The notes below the pieces were generated by a model. The model saw only the letters and a list, made by a program, of their open reading frames with translations, searched no databases and was not told the DNA's origin. Shown here in pieces: positions 13,157 through 27,205 of a DNA stretch of 64,000 nucleotides. Numbering within the stretch: position 1 is the first letter of the stretch; every line of letters starts with the position of its first letter. The position numbers and the translations under genes are program-made. Source of the DNA: Eledone cirrhosa (taxonomy: Eukaryota); assembly GCA_964016885.1 (NCBI GenBank), contig OZ024746.1:3100001-3164000 (forward strand), read 5' to 3'.

Positions 13157-13568
13157 ATATATATATATACTTCTTTTGGCATAAAACAAGACTGGGTGTC
13201 TATTTTGTGTTGTGAATGGAATGTCTTTGAAGAACTGCATGTATGTTTTGGGTTGTCATAGTGATATAAGTTGAATTATTTTAGTTGAAACTTGAGGTAA
13301 GCTTGTATTCCTGCTAAACCACTATTACCCTGTGAAGTATGAAAGTTACTATTTCGTTCTATGGCCATATAAACCTTGTACCTTTCAACACCAATTATTA
13401 TTGGTGTTGAAATATTTTATGAAGTTATACTCTTGTATTTTCTGATTGATTTCAGAATCCCAAATTTGGCTTTAGTTTTGTTGCTGCTACAGTAACACAT
13501 GAATTATAAATGAGGATAACTCATAAATACTTAAATATATCATGAATCTTGACAACTGGATTCACACT

Positions 13569-13798
13569 TTAACCCTTTCACGACCGCATTTCTAATGAAA
13601 CATACTCTATTTCAATTAATTAATAAAGCATTTTGAGGGAATTACTAAAGTTATTAATTATTTAATTACGTAGATAGTAACTTAATGTAATTTTCTTATA
13701 TACAATTATGTTGGAAAATTTCAATTTAAATTAGAAACCTTTAAAATAGGTAGTTTTATTTCATAGAACTGGAGCTGGTTTTGGCTGGGTTGGTAACT
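13569..13798 (+). mobile_element. TTAA MITE, family C (right end eroded)
   Basis: Starts ttaaccctttca; colinear with 55418-55657. Confidence 0.8.
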
Positions 13799-16167
13799 AG
13801 ATTTAGTAGTAAATCTTTTTTGTGACAAAGCAGAGTTAGGAACACATTCGCAAAATCTGTTGGAAATGAAATATTTCTATATTGTAGTTAATCTGTTTTT
13901 GTTATTTTACTCATTGACAAAATGTGGAGTTGATATGATCATATTTAATTCATTCCAATTTAACTGTTTGCTCACAATTTAAAAGGGTGTTGGTTTAAAA
14001 TAGACACTAAAATATTGTATTGAAAATCTCAGATATTACTTTGTGCCTAGGAACTAATAATATATTTTAATTCAAATTTTCCAAAACACAAATAAAATAC
14101 TTTCATTTTACACTTAAATTTATCACATTTGTCATTTCAGACATCATAATGTATGCACACTTCCATGGTTCTTTCATCTTTATCATTTGCTATACTCTCA
14201 CTTCTTTGTATCCAGAAGTATTCTTCTAGCTCTTTAAAATTAACAAAGTTTTACATGTTACCTTTTATTGATTGTTGTTTCAAACAGAAATCTAATTCAT
14301 AAAGCAGAACATGGATTCTGATAAATTTGATTGCATAATTTTGTTGAATTTGCATTCTTAAAAAAAAACCCAAAAAGCTGAATGAAATATTTTTATTTTG
14401 GATGTTGGAAAAAAAAGTTTAATCATTTGTGACTTGTTTTGTGTGAGCTGCTTTGGATGACTCTGCTTTGAATGGCCCATATTAAACATAGTTAATTAAT
14501 CAGTTTTAGGAATTTAAAGATGTTCCCTAATTTCAACAACTGTTTTTGATATTTTGTTTCTTAATGAGAGATTCTTCCTATAAAGAATGACTGAATAGAT
14601 GTTGTGGTGTGTGGTTGGTAATTGGAATATTATGGGAATCATTAGCTTTTCACTCGGCTTTTAAACTCGCATTACTTCTTGATCAAATGAACTCCACTGA
14701 TTGATATTGACTCATCCTATTGATTTTTTTATTGCATTGAGAAGCATATTTACCTTTTAGCCTTAATAGAAAATAAAATTAACTTTGGGTGCTTATAGAT
14801 ATTTGAAATGTTGCAGTGGCGGAGCAGAAGTAGTTGTGAATAATTTCAGATAACTAGTTCTTGCTAATAGAACATTTGGAGTTTGTAGTAGATAGAAAAT
14901 GTGGCTCTATTGACAGGAACATGTTCACTCTATTTATAAAATACAGTAATACAAAGTACATAGTATGTAGATAAAAAAAAATTCTATTTGGTAGTGAAAA
15001 TTAACCATTTTGATAATTCTACAATACTAATCTGTTTATTTTAAGTGTTTATATTTATCTAAAAACCTTCTGTTGTAATTTTATGTAAAAACCTTTAAGG
15101 TATGTTTCAAACAGCAGATAAATGAGAAAGTTAGTTATATTACTAAATCCCTTGAAATTCTTAAATATTTTCAAAATTATTTGTAAATCATTGGCAGTGT
15201 TTTTCATTTTCAATAGATATATAACAAGATGTGCTTTTCAGAGTGGATGATTTTGAGCAAAGGAGTGTGATGGACATAAGATTAGGTGGTATGGACATGG
15301 GTTAAGAGAACTGGTAACAATTACTTGAGATTAATTCTGGCTTATAGCTAGTCATAGGGCTAAATAACAAAATACTGATGATTGAGCCCTAATAATCATA
15401 ATCATAACTTACAGCATTAAGCAGGCAGTTTAGTAGAGCTAACTTTTAGTGATTTAAAATAATCAGCATATTAATTTCCCCTTATTATAGGATTAATTAG
15501 CAGCTTGATCAGATCATCTTCAATCCCTACCCTGTTGTTTCTTTGGCCCTCCAGCCATGGTGTTATTCTATATCATATTACTGTTATAGTACTTCATATT
15601 TTCAACCCTAACATTAAGTTGATATGAATGCCTCACTCTTTGATTACAATTTATTATACATTTAGTTATTCAGTGATTTGTGCCTGTAATTTCTGTCATC
15701 ACTGCCACACTGCATTGTATTTTACACACTTGATTTATATTATGTAGATAGAAAACGTTTAAAATTCAAACTAAATCAAAATTGATATTTTCTTCATAAT
15801 TTTAGCATTCATTTTCCATTCTGCCATGAATTAATCTTCATACTCATTTAGATAAATTAATCCCCTTTCATATTAAATCAGATCTGGAATTAGGAAATCA
15901 AATAATTAGAGTATGAATTTCATAGTTGAGTGTCCTTTCTAATGTAAAACACTCTGATGTGGTATAGGATAAGATGATTTAATTCCATCATGTCTGACAT
16001 ATCTTAACGCTTTCATGTACTGTAACATACATCCACAATCTTTTAACTATTGCAATACCATTTACAAATAACTTTTCTTCTATTTACAATGCACTGCCCT
16101 ATTTACATTAACTCATTAAAGACATTTCAATTGTTGTTTTGTAGCCTCTAGCCAAGTAAATTTACAA

Positions 16168-16701
16168 TTAACACTTTTAATACCAAGTCACTTGAAACCA
16201 CCCCTGGTTCTATGATACATTGCTGTTTGTTTTAAAGTACTTACATTTATATAAAAATCTTCCATCATAGTTTTACGTAAGAACATTTGTTATGTTCCAA
16301 ACATCAACTTAATAATGAGAATGTTATACTAAATCTCTTCAAATTCTTGATTATTTTCAAAATTATTTGAAAATCCTAGGTGGTGTCTTTTATTTGAAAT
16401 ATGGTAATCATCATCATCATAATTTAATAATCCATTTTTCCATGCTTGCATGGGTTAGACAGGTTGTCACTTTATGAGACAATTCAGCTCTGGAGACCAT
16501 GTTTTGCTCATAGAGATCTGTATTTTGGTTTGGTTTCTATGGCTAGATGCCCTTTTTAACACCAACCATTTTGCAGTGTGGACCGAGTGCTTTTTATCAT
16601 GGCATTGAAACAACCACTTTACAATGTGGACTGGGTGCTTTTTGTCATAACACCAGCACTACCAGAGCCTGTTTTGGTTGGGTTGGGAACTAAAGGGTTA
16701 A
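16168..16701. mobile_element. Composite: TTAA MITE family B, RTE-tailed SINE, family C terminus
   Basis: MITE body 16168-16407; (CAT)n-tailed SINE on the minus strand from 16408; ends aactaaagggttaa. Confidence 0.65.
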
Positions 16702-17266
16702 AACCATGGTGATTTCAGGCAGGATGTATTTTTAAAGGATTAAACACTGCAAGGCATCTTTCCCGAGTTTCTACCAATCCACATACCTCCTTTTTAATAA
16801 TAAAATAATGTTTTTGAAAAAGTGTTTACTTAGAAAGTCAAATGTTCATAGGATGTACCTTAATTTAGATTAATAATTGTCAGAATCTGAATATGTTGCT
16901 AAATGAAGCTTAATTAGAATTTCTGAAAATCTTTGTTCCGAGTTGAAAGCATGATGGCTCACCATTGCATCACTTAATAGTGATTAGCATGAATCATAAC
17001 TCTCTCAATTTCGAGTCAGTCAGGCATATTTTATATTTAATTCAATGAAACAGGTTTCATGTTTGAAAAACAAATAGACTTTCAGATAAGCTGAACATTA
17101 GAGAAATGTTACTGCTTACATGCATACATAAATAGTAATGCAGCACAGAGTTGTGAGTCAAGCCAGATCAGATGATTGTGTCTTGCTCATACATAGCTGA
17201 TTTTGGATGCACCAGACACGGTCATCTGATCTGGCTTGACTCACATTAGGACAACTCGTCTAACCC

Positions 17267-17303
<37 letters not shown>

Positions 17304-17374
17304 GTATCTATGTGTATGTATCTATGTGTAATATATGTCTGTATCGTTACTGTTTAGTTTATTTTTCCAAACTA

Positions 17375-17935
17375 GCATGAGTTAGATGAGTTGTCCCATT
17401 GTGAGGCAAGTCTGATCAGATGGCCGTGATTATTTGTTCATACTGAACTGTTTCTGATTTGGTTTCTACAGCTGGATGCCCTTTTTAACACCAACTACAT
17501 TTATACTGTGTGCTTTTGTCATGTCCCAACACAACCACCTCACACAGTAGACTCGGTGCTCTTTATTGTGTCATCAACTCGACACACCATATGATGAGCT
17601 GGGTATCTCCTGTCATGTCACCGATATGACCACCTTGTGTGTGTGTGTGTATCTGCATATATTAATAAACCATACATTTTTATATATATATTTATGTAGG
17701 TGTCACGACAAAAAAACACAGTCCACGCTGTAATGTGGCCGTGTAGGTAACACGGTAAAAACCTCCCAGTTCCACTCTGTAAATGTGGTTGGTGTTAGGA
17801 AGGGCATCCAGCTGTAGAAAACCCGCCAGATAGTCCTATGCGAGCAAGACAACCACTCTTGCCTCAAGTGGGAAAACTCCCGTCCAAACCCATGCTAGCG
17901 TGGAATATAGATGTTAAACGAAGATGATGATGATA
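17375..17935. mobile_element. Two oppositely oriented RTE-tailed SINE fragments
   Basis: ttctacagctggatgccc at about 17464 and its reverse complement gggcatccagctgtagaa at about 17802; (GAT)n tail at about 17925. Confidence 0.7.
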
Positions 17936-19574
17936 AATCCTCATGGCAATCCTTTAGTAAATGCTTACATTTGTTATTTTCAAGTTACTTTCTTTTATGA
18001 ATGATGATGATGATATCAGATCTTATTTTATATTGAACTCACGGTTTCAATAATTATCTTGTTTCATGGGAATAGTTCTTGCCAATTGATAATTTTTTTT
18101 TCTTATCAGCACGAGTGTCCTTAACCAAAATAATAATAATGATGATAATAATCCAGATTGGTAAAATTTCTAGCATATTTTGAAGTAATTAAAGTCTCAC
18201 AGTTAACGATTTTAAACAGCCTGCAATGCAATTAAAATCTTTAAAGTTGTGATAATGTTAACTTTAACTTTATTGTTCAAATAAATTGTATAAATCATGT
18301 AAAAAACATATATAACTAATAACTGTTTTTTGAATTAATTTTGATTGAATAAGATTAAATAATTGATCCAAAGTAGGAGGAGATGAAGGCAAATTATAAA
18401 TACTAACACAAACAAAAAAGAAAGAAATTTATGAAATTAAATTAAATTAAGGTGTAAATTAGCCAAATGTAGCCATTAGAAACATGTGCATATCTGACTT
18501 GTATGTAATCAAATTAGTTAAAATAGTTTCTTTAACAATGTTACATGGTTTATTGCCAGTGATAGGTGGAGTTGACTTGTTAAAATATCATTTGGCAGTC
18601 ATCACTGCTGTGTTGTGTTGTAATTGAGCAAGGAGCCTCTATCTGCTCTGTAGTGGATTTAATGGCAGACGTATTACTAGGGTCTTCTCTGGATCATACT
18701 TTTTATTTATTAAAAAGTTTTTTTTTATCGAGGTACCCAGGCTCAACAAGCCGAAATCTCAACCACCATCTAATGTTAATTTTTTCCTGCTAGTAAGGGT
18801 TGAACACGCTGTCACAGACTAATGTCAGTACTTAATCAGCAGCACTGATCTCTCAGATGAGCCAGGATCTCATCTTGCTAACGTATGTTCCTGCACACTA
18901 CAATGTGTGCTGTGCAGTCATGGCACAGCACTAGAGAGGTTGTCATGTCTTTGACACAGCTGTAGTCCTCTCTACCCTTTGTTTAGCAAGATTTCAATGA
19001 CTGGATGTGACATAGAAATGTATATCCTTGCTAGAAGAGCTGATCAAACATTTATTTCTTGATGACTCTTATATATGTGAATGAGGCCTAATGCTATGTA
19101 GCTTTAGAAATAATTGTGGAATAAAGTAAACACATGGTGGTTATTCTGTTAGCTAAGAGTTCTATAGTCGCTAGTATTTGATTAGTAATTGGAGATACTC
19201 AAATCATCACATTCCTCACAAAATAAATGCAAGGTTTAGCCAGTTCCTCTATTCTCTCATGAAGACCATTATGTTCATCACACAGTCAGCATTACATCAT
19301 AACAACTATGCCTTTTCTTAAGGGCCAGAAAATACTCCAACTGCAAATAAAACAGTTCCAATCTACTCAATATTATGTATGAGTATGTCTGTACTCACCA
19401 ACCCCCTCACCCTCTTCAATCTCACTATTCAGCTATATTCTCAGCTTTATCTCTTACTATGATGGCCTCTGCAAGTACTCATATAACTTTGATACTATCA
19501 TCATCATCCTCCTTACTTAATCCCAATTAATACTTCCACCTTCTTTCTTTTGTGTTTTATTATTTACCACTGAG

Positions 19575-19791
19575 GGCGGTGGATTGGCAGTATCGGTAGA
19601 ACGTCGGACGCCATGCTTTGCAGCATAGAGTTACGCCCCTTTATGATCTGAGTTCAAATCCCGCTGAGGTTAACTTTGCCTTTGATCCTTACGGGGTCGA
19701 TAAAATAAAGTACCAGTCACGTACTGAGGTCGATTTAATTGACTTCCCCTCCCCCAAATTGCTGGCCTTGTGCCTATATAAGAAACCATTA
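19575..19791 (+). mobile_element. tRNA-derived SINE family 1, near full length
   Basis: A-box-like head, ctgagttcaaatcc B box, central gcctttgatccttacggggtcgataaaataaagtaccag (resembles the Meta/MESC-type SINE domain from memory, not verified). Confidence 0.88.
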
Positions 19792-20702
19792 CCACTGATC
19801 ACCTGTGTTACTTCATCCTGCTGCCCATCTTTTACTCCTAGTACTTTCAATTAAACCTAAACCACAACCTCACTACACTATGTTGACTCACTAAACAGAT
19901 ATGTAATGAACACTGCACTTCTCAGCATTACTAACAAATATATAAAAGTATTCTCGAGTCTGGAATACCACCCCCTCCCATTCATTTTTCTTTACTACTC
20001 CCCTCCCCTATACAATTTCATCTATTTGGAAGTTTTATGTGATTACTTGACCAGCTGAAAATAGCAACCAATTCTTCCTCAAACCCCACCATATTGTCTT
20101 AGCAAAAGGAACCACGTATTAATTAGATACACTATTTAAACAAAAAAGAGAAAGTGGTTATATCTGCAACATCTCTATCTGTAGGTCCACTTGAGAAGAG
20201 CTGACCTCACTTAAGCAACAACTATTATTACTTCAAGTTTTTGTTGTTGTTTTTATTAAATTGTTACACGAGGAATCTTTAAAGTTTGGTGAATAGAAAT
20301 GTTAAAATGTCTTGCAGGGAGAAACGTCTTACAGCAATCAGTGGAAACAGTTTTTTCTTCACTAAGCAGTTATATCATATCTAGACTATCCTCATGATCA
20401 GGTGAGTTGTCAAATATCTTTTAGGATTTAGTATTTCTTCACAAACTCTAATCTCCATGCTGCTTCTTTCATGTATCACATGTATTATTGGTTCAGAAAG
20501 AATTAACTTCAACTAGGTTAATATGGGATTAGAACTTTTTTTAATCTATTTTTTTCAAACTTACAAAATAAAGTTTTATAGTCAGTCGGTTTATAAAACG
20601 TTCTGCAATTTGAATATAGTAAAATTATTTCTCATCCTTTTATGTTTCTTAGTTTGCACCCCCCCCCCCCACTCCATTTTTTTTTTCTTTGTTATACCAT
20701 AC

Positions 20703-20945
20703 CATCATCATCACGTCCGTTTTTTAAAACACTTGCATGGGTCGAACAGGTCCTTTTCAGCATCTCAACACTCCGTTTCTTCGTCATCTCTTCTGTGAGT
20801 CTCGGCATTTTGAGGTCAGCTCTCACCACCTCTGCCCAGGTTTTTCTTGGTCTACCTCTGCAGCAACTTCATTCTACTGTCACTTCTTCACTCATTCATC
20901 ATCATCCATGCTCATCACATGTCCGTACCACCACAGTCATCTCTC
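20703..20945 (-). mobile_element. RTE-clade LINE 3' fragment
   Basis: Minus strand encodes WYGHVMSM...CRGRPRKTWAEVVRADL; (GAT)n tail. Confidence 0.8.
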
Positions 20946-21387
20946 CTATATATTTTACTATTTTTCTCTCTCTCCCATTTTTCCCCATACTGATAATGTA
21001 GTGTGTGTGTGTAGGTAATAACTTCTGGCAAGAGGAGTGAACCACCTCTTAGTTAAAATCTATTTTATGTATTCCACTTAGAAAGGGCAAGGGTGTCATA
21101 GAATATTCTATTTCTTCCTCTACTTCACCTCATTTGTAAATCTCTTATGATTTCTACTTCAGAAAAACAATAGTTGTGCTTTTAGTCCTAACCACCAAGG
21201 ATCAAAGTCATTCTAGTCATGACTGGGTTTTATATTTTTTATTGTTGTTTTTTTAGGGAGGAGGGGGCATTTCACATATAGGACTGTGTTATCCAGACTG
21301 TGTTTTCCTTTTTAAGATGGTAGTCAAGGAGAATTGTATATAAATATGTGTGTCTTCATATACACCTCCATTATGCTAAAATGCTGT

Positions 21388-21425
<38 letters not shown>

Positions 21426-22224
21426 TACACACACATACACTTAATTTATACATGTGTATATATATATATATAAAAATTAAATGTCCGTATATATGCCTTA
21501 AGCAGCACTTGTAAACATCTTATATGTGTATACAAAAGTATTTATGTCTGTAAACAAAAATTATGTCCAAGATTTCAATTTGTGTTAAGTAATTTTATGA
21601 TCACCCAGATATTATTTTACAAATTAACAAATTAATTTCTAATGTCAATGGTGGTTGTTGATGATGATGATGGTGGTATTAGTTTATGGTGATAGTAGTA
21701 GTATCTTGAGAAACAATAATTTTGTTGTCTCTTGTCTTTGTTTTTGTCTCAACCTCCTATTACCAGAGGATATTTATTTATTCAAATACTACTGCTTTAA
21801 GAAGAAATGAAGCAATCTCTTAATTTTAAGCTGTTGTTCCTTTACCCATTTATTATTATTATTGTTATTATTATTATTATTTTGATGTTTTAAGTTGTTG
21901 AAATGCCATGTAACAGTATCTTTTCAAACTGCTGACAATGGATGCATTGTTTGCTTGTGTGTGTATGTTTGTGAATGTGTGTGTAATATTATTTTATTTC
22001 ATTTGCATTTAACAAATAAAACATTGAATTTCTTTTCATAAACAAAAGTAAAAAGTAACCAAACGTCCAACAAGGACAACATAAGATGTGAGGCAGAGTT
22101 AACCCAGTGTGTTCTTGACTGTTGACAGAGCAACTCTGTACACATAGCTGGGTTTTTTACTCTTAAAATATTATGTGATAGCCATATGGGAGGGAGACTC
22201 AACATGGGTTGATATACAGAATAT

Positions 22225-22308
<84 letters not shown>
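22225..22308. repeat. (TC)n microsatellite
   Basis: Dinucleotide run; source of the RERE ORFs. Confidence 0.95.
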
Positions 22309-22313
<5 letters not shown>

Positions 22314-22987
22314 TGAATTCCTTCCCTGTTGAAGTGAAGAATTTTTTCTCTCTCCAGTGTTGTTGGATGAACAAGTAATAATATACTGCTACTTCATGCT
22401 AGCTAAAAGTTGATTTGGAGCCGCCCCATACATCCCCAGCTTCTTTCTTTCCTCACCCCTCTCTCCATTTTTTATGGGAACTAGTCACACAATATGATCT
22501 TTTATGTTGAAATTGTCCTCCACCCCCTCCTGCTTCTCTTGGCATTTTTTTTAGCACTTCTGTTTATCCCCCACCCTGTCAGAGGGAGGGGGCAGTTTTT
22601 CTCATTCTTTTTCTCTTCCTTTTATTTACAAAGCTCTCTCTTGCTTCCTTCCCCTCCACACATTTCTGGTGAATAGTTTTATGTTCAGAAACTAGAAATG
22701 CTGCTAGAATCACCCTCTTGCCCCAGTTTTTTTTCTTTTTTCTCTAACCATGACACTGTTTAAAAAAAGTCTTTTAGTATTGATAGCAGGAATTATTTAT
22801 GTTGCTTCCTGCCATTCCTCTTTTACTGCCTTAAAACCATTCTTTATGTGCATTGAGTATACCCTCAATGTAAGTAAGTCTATATCTTCTAAGTTGTTAC
22901 TTGTTTTACACTGTTGGCTGCTTGAAATAGTTGACACCTTTTGCTTGCAATATAGTTTTCATATATTCTGACAAAACCAAAATATCT

Positions 22988-23708
22988 TTAACCCTCTTGA
23001 TACCAAACTAACCGAAACTGACCTTGATTATGTCATACAAAACTGCTTATTTTAAAGTGTTTATATTTATCTAAAAAAAAAAATTAAAAAAAACACCTCA
23101 TAATTCTATATAAAAGCTTTTGTTAATTTATGCTTTAAAATCAGAGAGTTAGTTGTATTACTAAATTCCTTTACATAAAACACATGGTAACGATAGGTTT
23201 AACCCTTGATCCCAAACTGACAAACTGCTCACAGTTTTGATACAAAACTGTTTGTTTTAAAACGTTTATATTTATCTAAAAACCTTCCATCCTTATTTTA
23301 TGTAAGAACATTTATGTTCCAAACACTTGCTTCACCCTTTAGCATTTAAACCCCGGCCATATCCTGGCCAGAATTCTCTCACTTCTTTCTCTTCAAACTG
23401 GTTGTAACCACTCACTCATACTGATGTTTACATATTGTTCTCAAAATAAATAATATCAAAATGTCATAGATTCGATATTATGTAAGATAATTATATAAGG
23501 TAAAGCTTTTACCCTGAAAATACAATAGTAAATATAAAGTAATGTAAATGCTACAGGGCTAATGATGAAAAAAGTAAATATTAAACTGGTTGTTGGAACA
23601 TAACTTAAATATTTTACATGGAATTATAACAGAGGGTTTTTAGATACATGTGAGTAATTTAAAACAAAGTACAGGTGGTTTCAGACAGTTTGGTATCAAG
23701 TGGGTTAA
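22988..23708. mobile_element. Two tandem TTAA MITE family B copies sharing one TTAA
   Basis: ttaaccc starts at 22988 and 23199; ends ggtatcaagtgggttaa at 23708. Confidence 0.7.
23331..23562 (+). mobile_element. MITE family A nested in family B
   Basis: ttcaccctttagcattta ... taaatgctacagggctaa, interrupting family B where other copies read cttaataatgaga. Confidence 0.8.
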
Positions 23709-26437
23709 TCTCAGTTGGGTCCAAAAAATGGTAGGGTCTAAAGCCTGACTGTTCAAAGGCTACTAGTTAAATTAAAAGTAATAAATTCTAAGCATTATAA
23801 ACAATTGTTTCATAGATTCGTGATTTCTCATGCTCCGAAAACTGTTGTGTGTCATATATAATTCAGTACTGCATTTAATACAACAGCTAAAAGTATTTTT
23901 GTTTCTGACTTGTGAATATTGATTTTGTATACAAATAAGAACAAATCCTCAGATTTAGAAATGGGAGGAAAATCCAAGGCATTATAACAATGTGAGATAA
24001 AAACAAATTGATACAACTGAGATCTAAAGCTTGATAAAAGACTTGTTAAATAGTTTTCAATAAGATTATCTAAAAGTAAATTTGTAAGCATTTTGTATGA
24101 ACACATTCTAAATGAATAGTTTTCTTCTTCTTTTGCCCACTTATTCTTGAGAGGTTCTTGGGAGCTGAGACCTCAAACATTCCTTCCAACAGGTCCTCTC
24201 AGAAGCAACCATCTCCAACTGATCCAGCTGGATCACCAAGTGAGACCAGCCAAGCTCATGGATGTTATCCAACCATCTTGCCCATAAAATTTGACCAGTA
24301 GTTATCTTTAGAATTGATCATAAGTGTTTAAACTAAATATCTGCTTAAGAAAGATGTTCTTGATAATGTTTATGCTTACCAGTCATCTACGGATTGTTGG
24401 GGAAGGTGAAACAAATCCTTCATTTTAATCACCATCTATTCATGAAAACCATTTCTACCATTATGAGAAAGTGTAAAAAATACTTATTTTCAATAAACAT
24501 CCTAGTGGGAGATGAATTCATGAATTCTAAAAGATAAAAAAAAAAAAAGGCTTGTGTTTCAATCTTTTTTTCTAAGAATTTCCATGGCTACTTTTGCATG
24601 GAAAATAAACATTTGTGCCTTGCTATGAATTATTCTTGGAAAATATCTGTTGCTCTCTCTCTTACAGTTGATTAAATACAATAATTAGAAATCTGAATTA
24701 GCTAAGCCCAAAATAAACAGTCAAAAGGATGTGTTTGTTCTAACGGTTTGATTATTGTTTTTAAGGGAATTGCTTGAGGAATGTGTGTGTGTCTATAAAA
24801 CTTCACATCAGTTTAAATTATTGTTAACTGTTTCATCTTCGACACCGGCTGAGGTAAAGTAAGGGATGGCCATACAATAAAGCAGCTTAAAGAGTAAACT
24901 GTATATTTGCAGTAATTCAAAAAGTCACAAGTAAATATTTTATCTGAAAGAATTCCTCTGAAATTGTTGCTGGCTTGTCCCAGTTTCTTTTGCCATAAAC
25001 CAATGAATAGTAGGGAGTCATTTAAAGAATTCTTTGACCAATTTTACCATGATCATTCCATTGTTGGCAATCTAACTTAATCTTTTTAACCCTTTCATGA
25101 CTATATCTCTAATGAAATACTCTCTCTTTCAATTAATTAATTAATGCAGAGTCGGTTGAGCAACTGACAAAGCATCTTGTGGTACATGGTTATGTTCTGA
25201 GTTCAAATCTCACCCAGCTTGACTTTACCTTTCATCCTTGTGAAGTTGGTAAAATAAGTACCAATTAAGTACCGATTATGATTTGATCACCTATACTCTT
25301 GAACGCAGTGCCTCAGTAAAAGTAGGAAAGAACTACGCAATTATTTGTAATCTTTATATTATGACTCTATTTAGAAAACACCAACTAGAAGAAACCAATC
25401 CCTAAATAGTTGAAATATTTTGTTGGTTTTTTGTTGTGCATAATGACATGGAAGAAATTGGAGATTTCCCTATTTATATATATTTTTTCTTTTCTTTCTG
25501 TTGAAAAGGGCAATTCTAAGCAGAGTTTGAAACAACAGCTTGTATGTTTTGTACATGAATCGAGTCATCAGTGTCATAATAGCAGCAATCACACTTCCAA
25601 ACTTGCTTATATTTGGAGGTTTTACCAGTAAAATATAAAGCTAGTTACTGTATATGTTTGTTGTAGTATTTGACACATGATTTCTCCTGTTTGGATCTCC
25701 ATTACTAGCCCACACCTACTTTAGCATGGAAAATAGTAAGAATAATCACTCATTAAGTATCATTACTCTAAAATTTGCCACTTGTCTGGGAAGGGAATTT
25801 ATACTTGCAAGTCTTCTGTATCCTGGAGCAAATAACATGTATTTGTAAATATGGATGTACATGTAAGCTGACCACAGTTGACGCATGTGCGCACAAGAAC
25901 ACACACAGATTGAGAGTACCCCGTTTGTATATATATCTCTACCTTGATTCTGGCATGTGTATGATAATGATGATGAATCTTGCATAAATGTCAATGAGTG
26001 TTTCAGTTGTTCAATTTGTGGAATTATTTTACAGATTTAAATATAATCCCAACACAGATTCAGCCTGACATTTCATGATACAACACTTGGGTTGTAAGAC
26101 ACATGGCCTTGATTCTGCAGAATAGAACTGAGGAACTGTTATAATGCAAACTGCTTACCCATTTGGTCATAACTTTACTTAGTCTGTCTACTCTCTCTCC
26201 CTCCCCCCTCTCTCTCCCCCCTCTCTCCCCAGCACTAACCATATTGACAAAGTGAACAATGTTAACATGTTGATTTTTTTTTTCAATATTGGAAAAACGT
26301 ATTTCTTTATTATAGTTATTTCTTACTATATCATAAATTATTGATTATTTTCACCAACATCCTATTACTACCTTCTACTACAAAAGTAATATAACTAATA
26401 ATAATATCACATTTTATTCAATACAAAGCTACAATAG

Positions 26438-26468
<31 letters not shown>

Positions 26469-26472
<4 letters not shown>

Positions 26473-27106
26473 ATGTTGAAAGGGTAACACACTAGAGAGA
26501 GAGAGAGATCATGTGCCATCAATAAAACAGGGAAAACCACCAGTGTATGGAATCTATAACCTATGGAAGGCAGGGTAGACACACAATAATTAAAAATATA
26601 AATTAAAATGCGTATACGCACCTCTATAACTATATAACACACACGTACAAATACAAAGAGATCTGTTTCGCCAGGAAATTGTTGACTGAAATGGAATCGT
26701 CTATGGGTCATCAGCGCATGTAAGACTATATATTCCAGACAACTCTAAGGGAATCTAAGACAACCGTCCAGCAACACGCGACAGAGAGAAGTGACAGCAT
26801 GCGTAGGACAGTGAACCAGTGGTATCTGAGGGACGAGCTGCTAGAAAGGGCAGCCCCAAAACCACTGAGATGTGCTCAACTAAACAGAGAGAGGAAAGAC
26901 TGTTATAAGGAGTTATATCATGATAAATTAACGGAGCCATAGACTCTCGCTATTCCCTGTCAATAATGTTCTCAAAGGAGAAGGAATCCTGAGCTCTTTA
27001 AAATACAATGTGTAGAAAGGGTAACACACTAGAGAGAGAGATAGTGCGCCATCAATAAAACATCAATAAGCACATTATTAACGAGAGTCTATGGCTCCGT
27101 TAATTA
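26469..27106. mobile_element. Penelope-like or retrozyme-like remnant between (TA)n tracts
   Basis: Direct repeat gaaagggtaacacactagagagag..gccatcaataaaaca at about 26478 and 27015; inverted repeat aattaacggagccatagactctcg at about 26926 versus 27083-27105; contains a hammerhead fold. Confidence 0.6.
26640..26720 (-). ncRNA. Type I hammerhead ribozyme
   Basis: Minus strand: catgcg-CTGATGA-ccca...tggc-GAA-acagat(ctctttgt)atttgt-A-cgtgtg; 6-bp stem I, 6-bp stem III, GUA triplet; stem II closing pair is a C-C mismatch. Confidence 0.65.
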
Positions 27107-27148
27107 TGTGTGTGTGTGTTTGGTACCAGGAAACTATATATGTGTGTG

Positions 27149-27205
<57 letters not shown>

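Noticed and set aside
20318-20401. Exon-like segment (ttgcag ... CAG|GTGAGT)
   Set aside because: Stop codons in all three frames.
21999-22378. RE-repeat and LS-repeat ORFs
   Set aside because: Translations of the (TC)n microsatellite.
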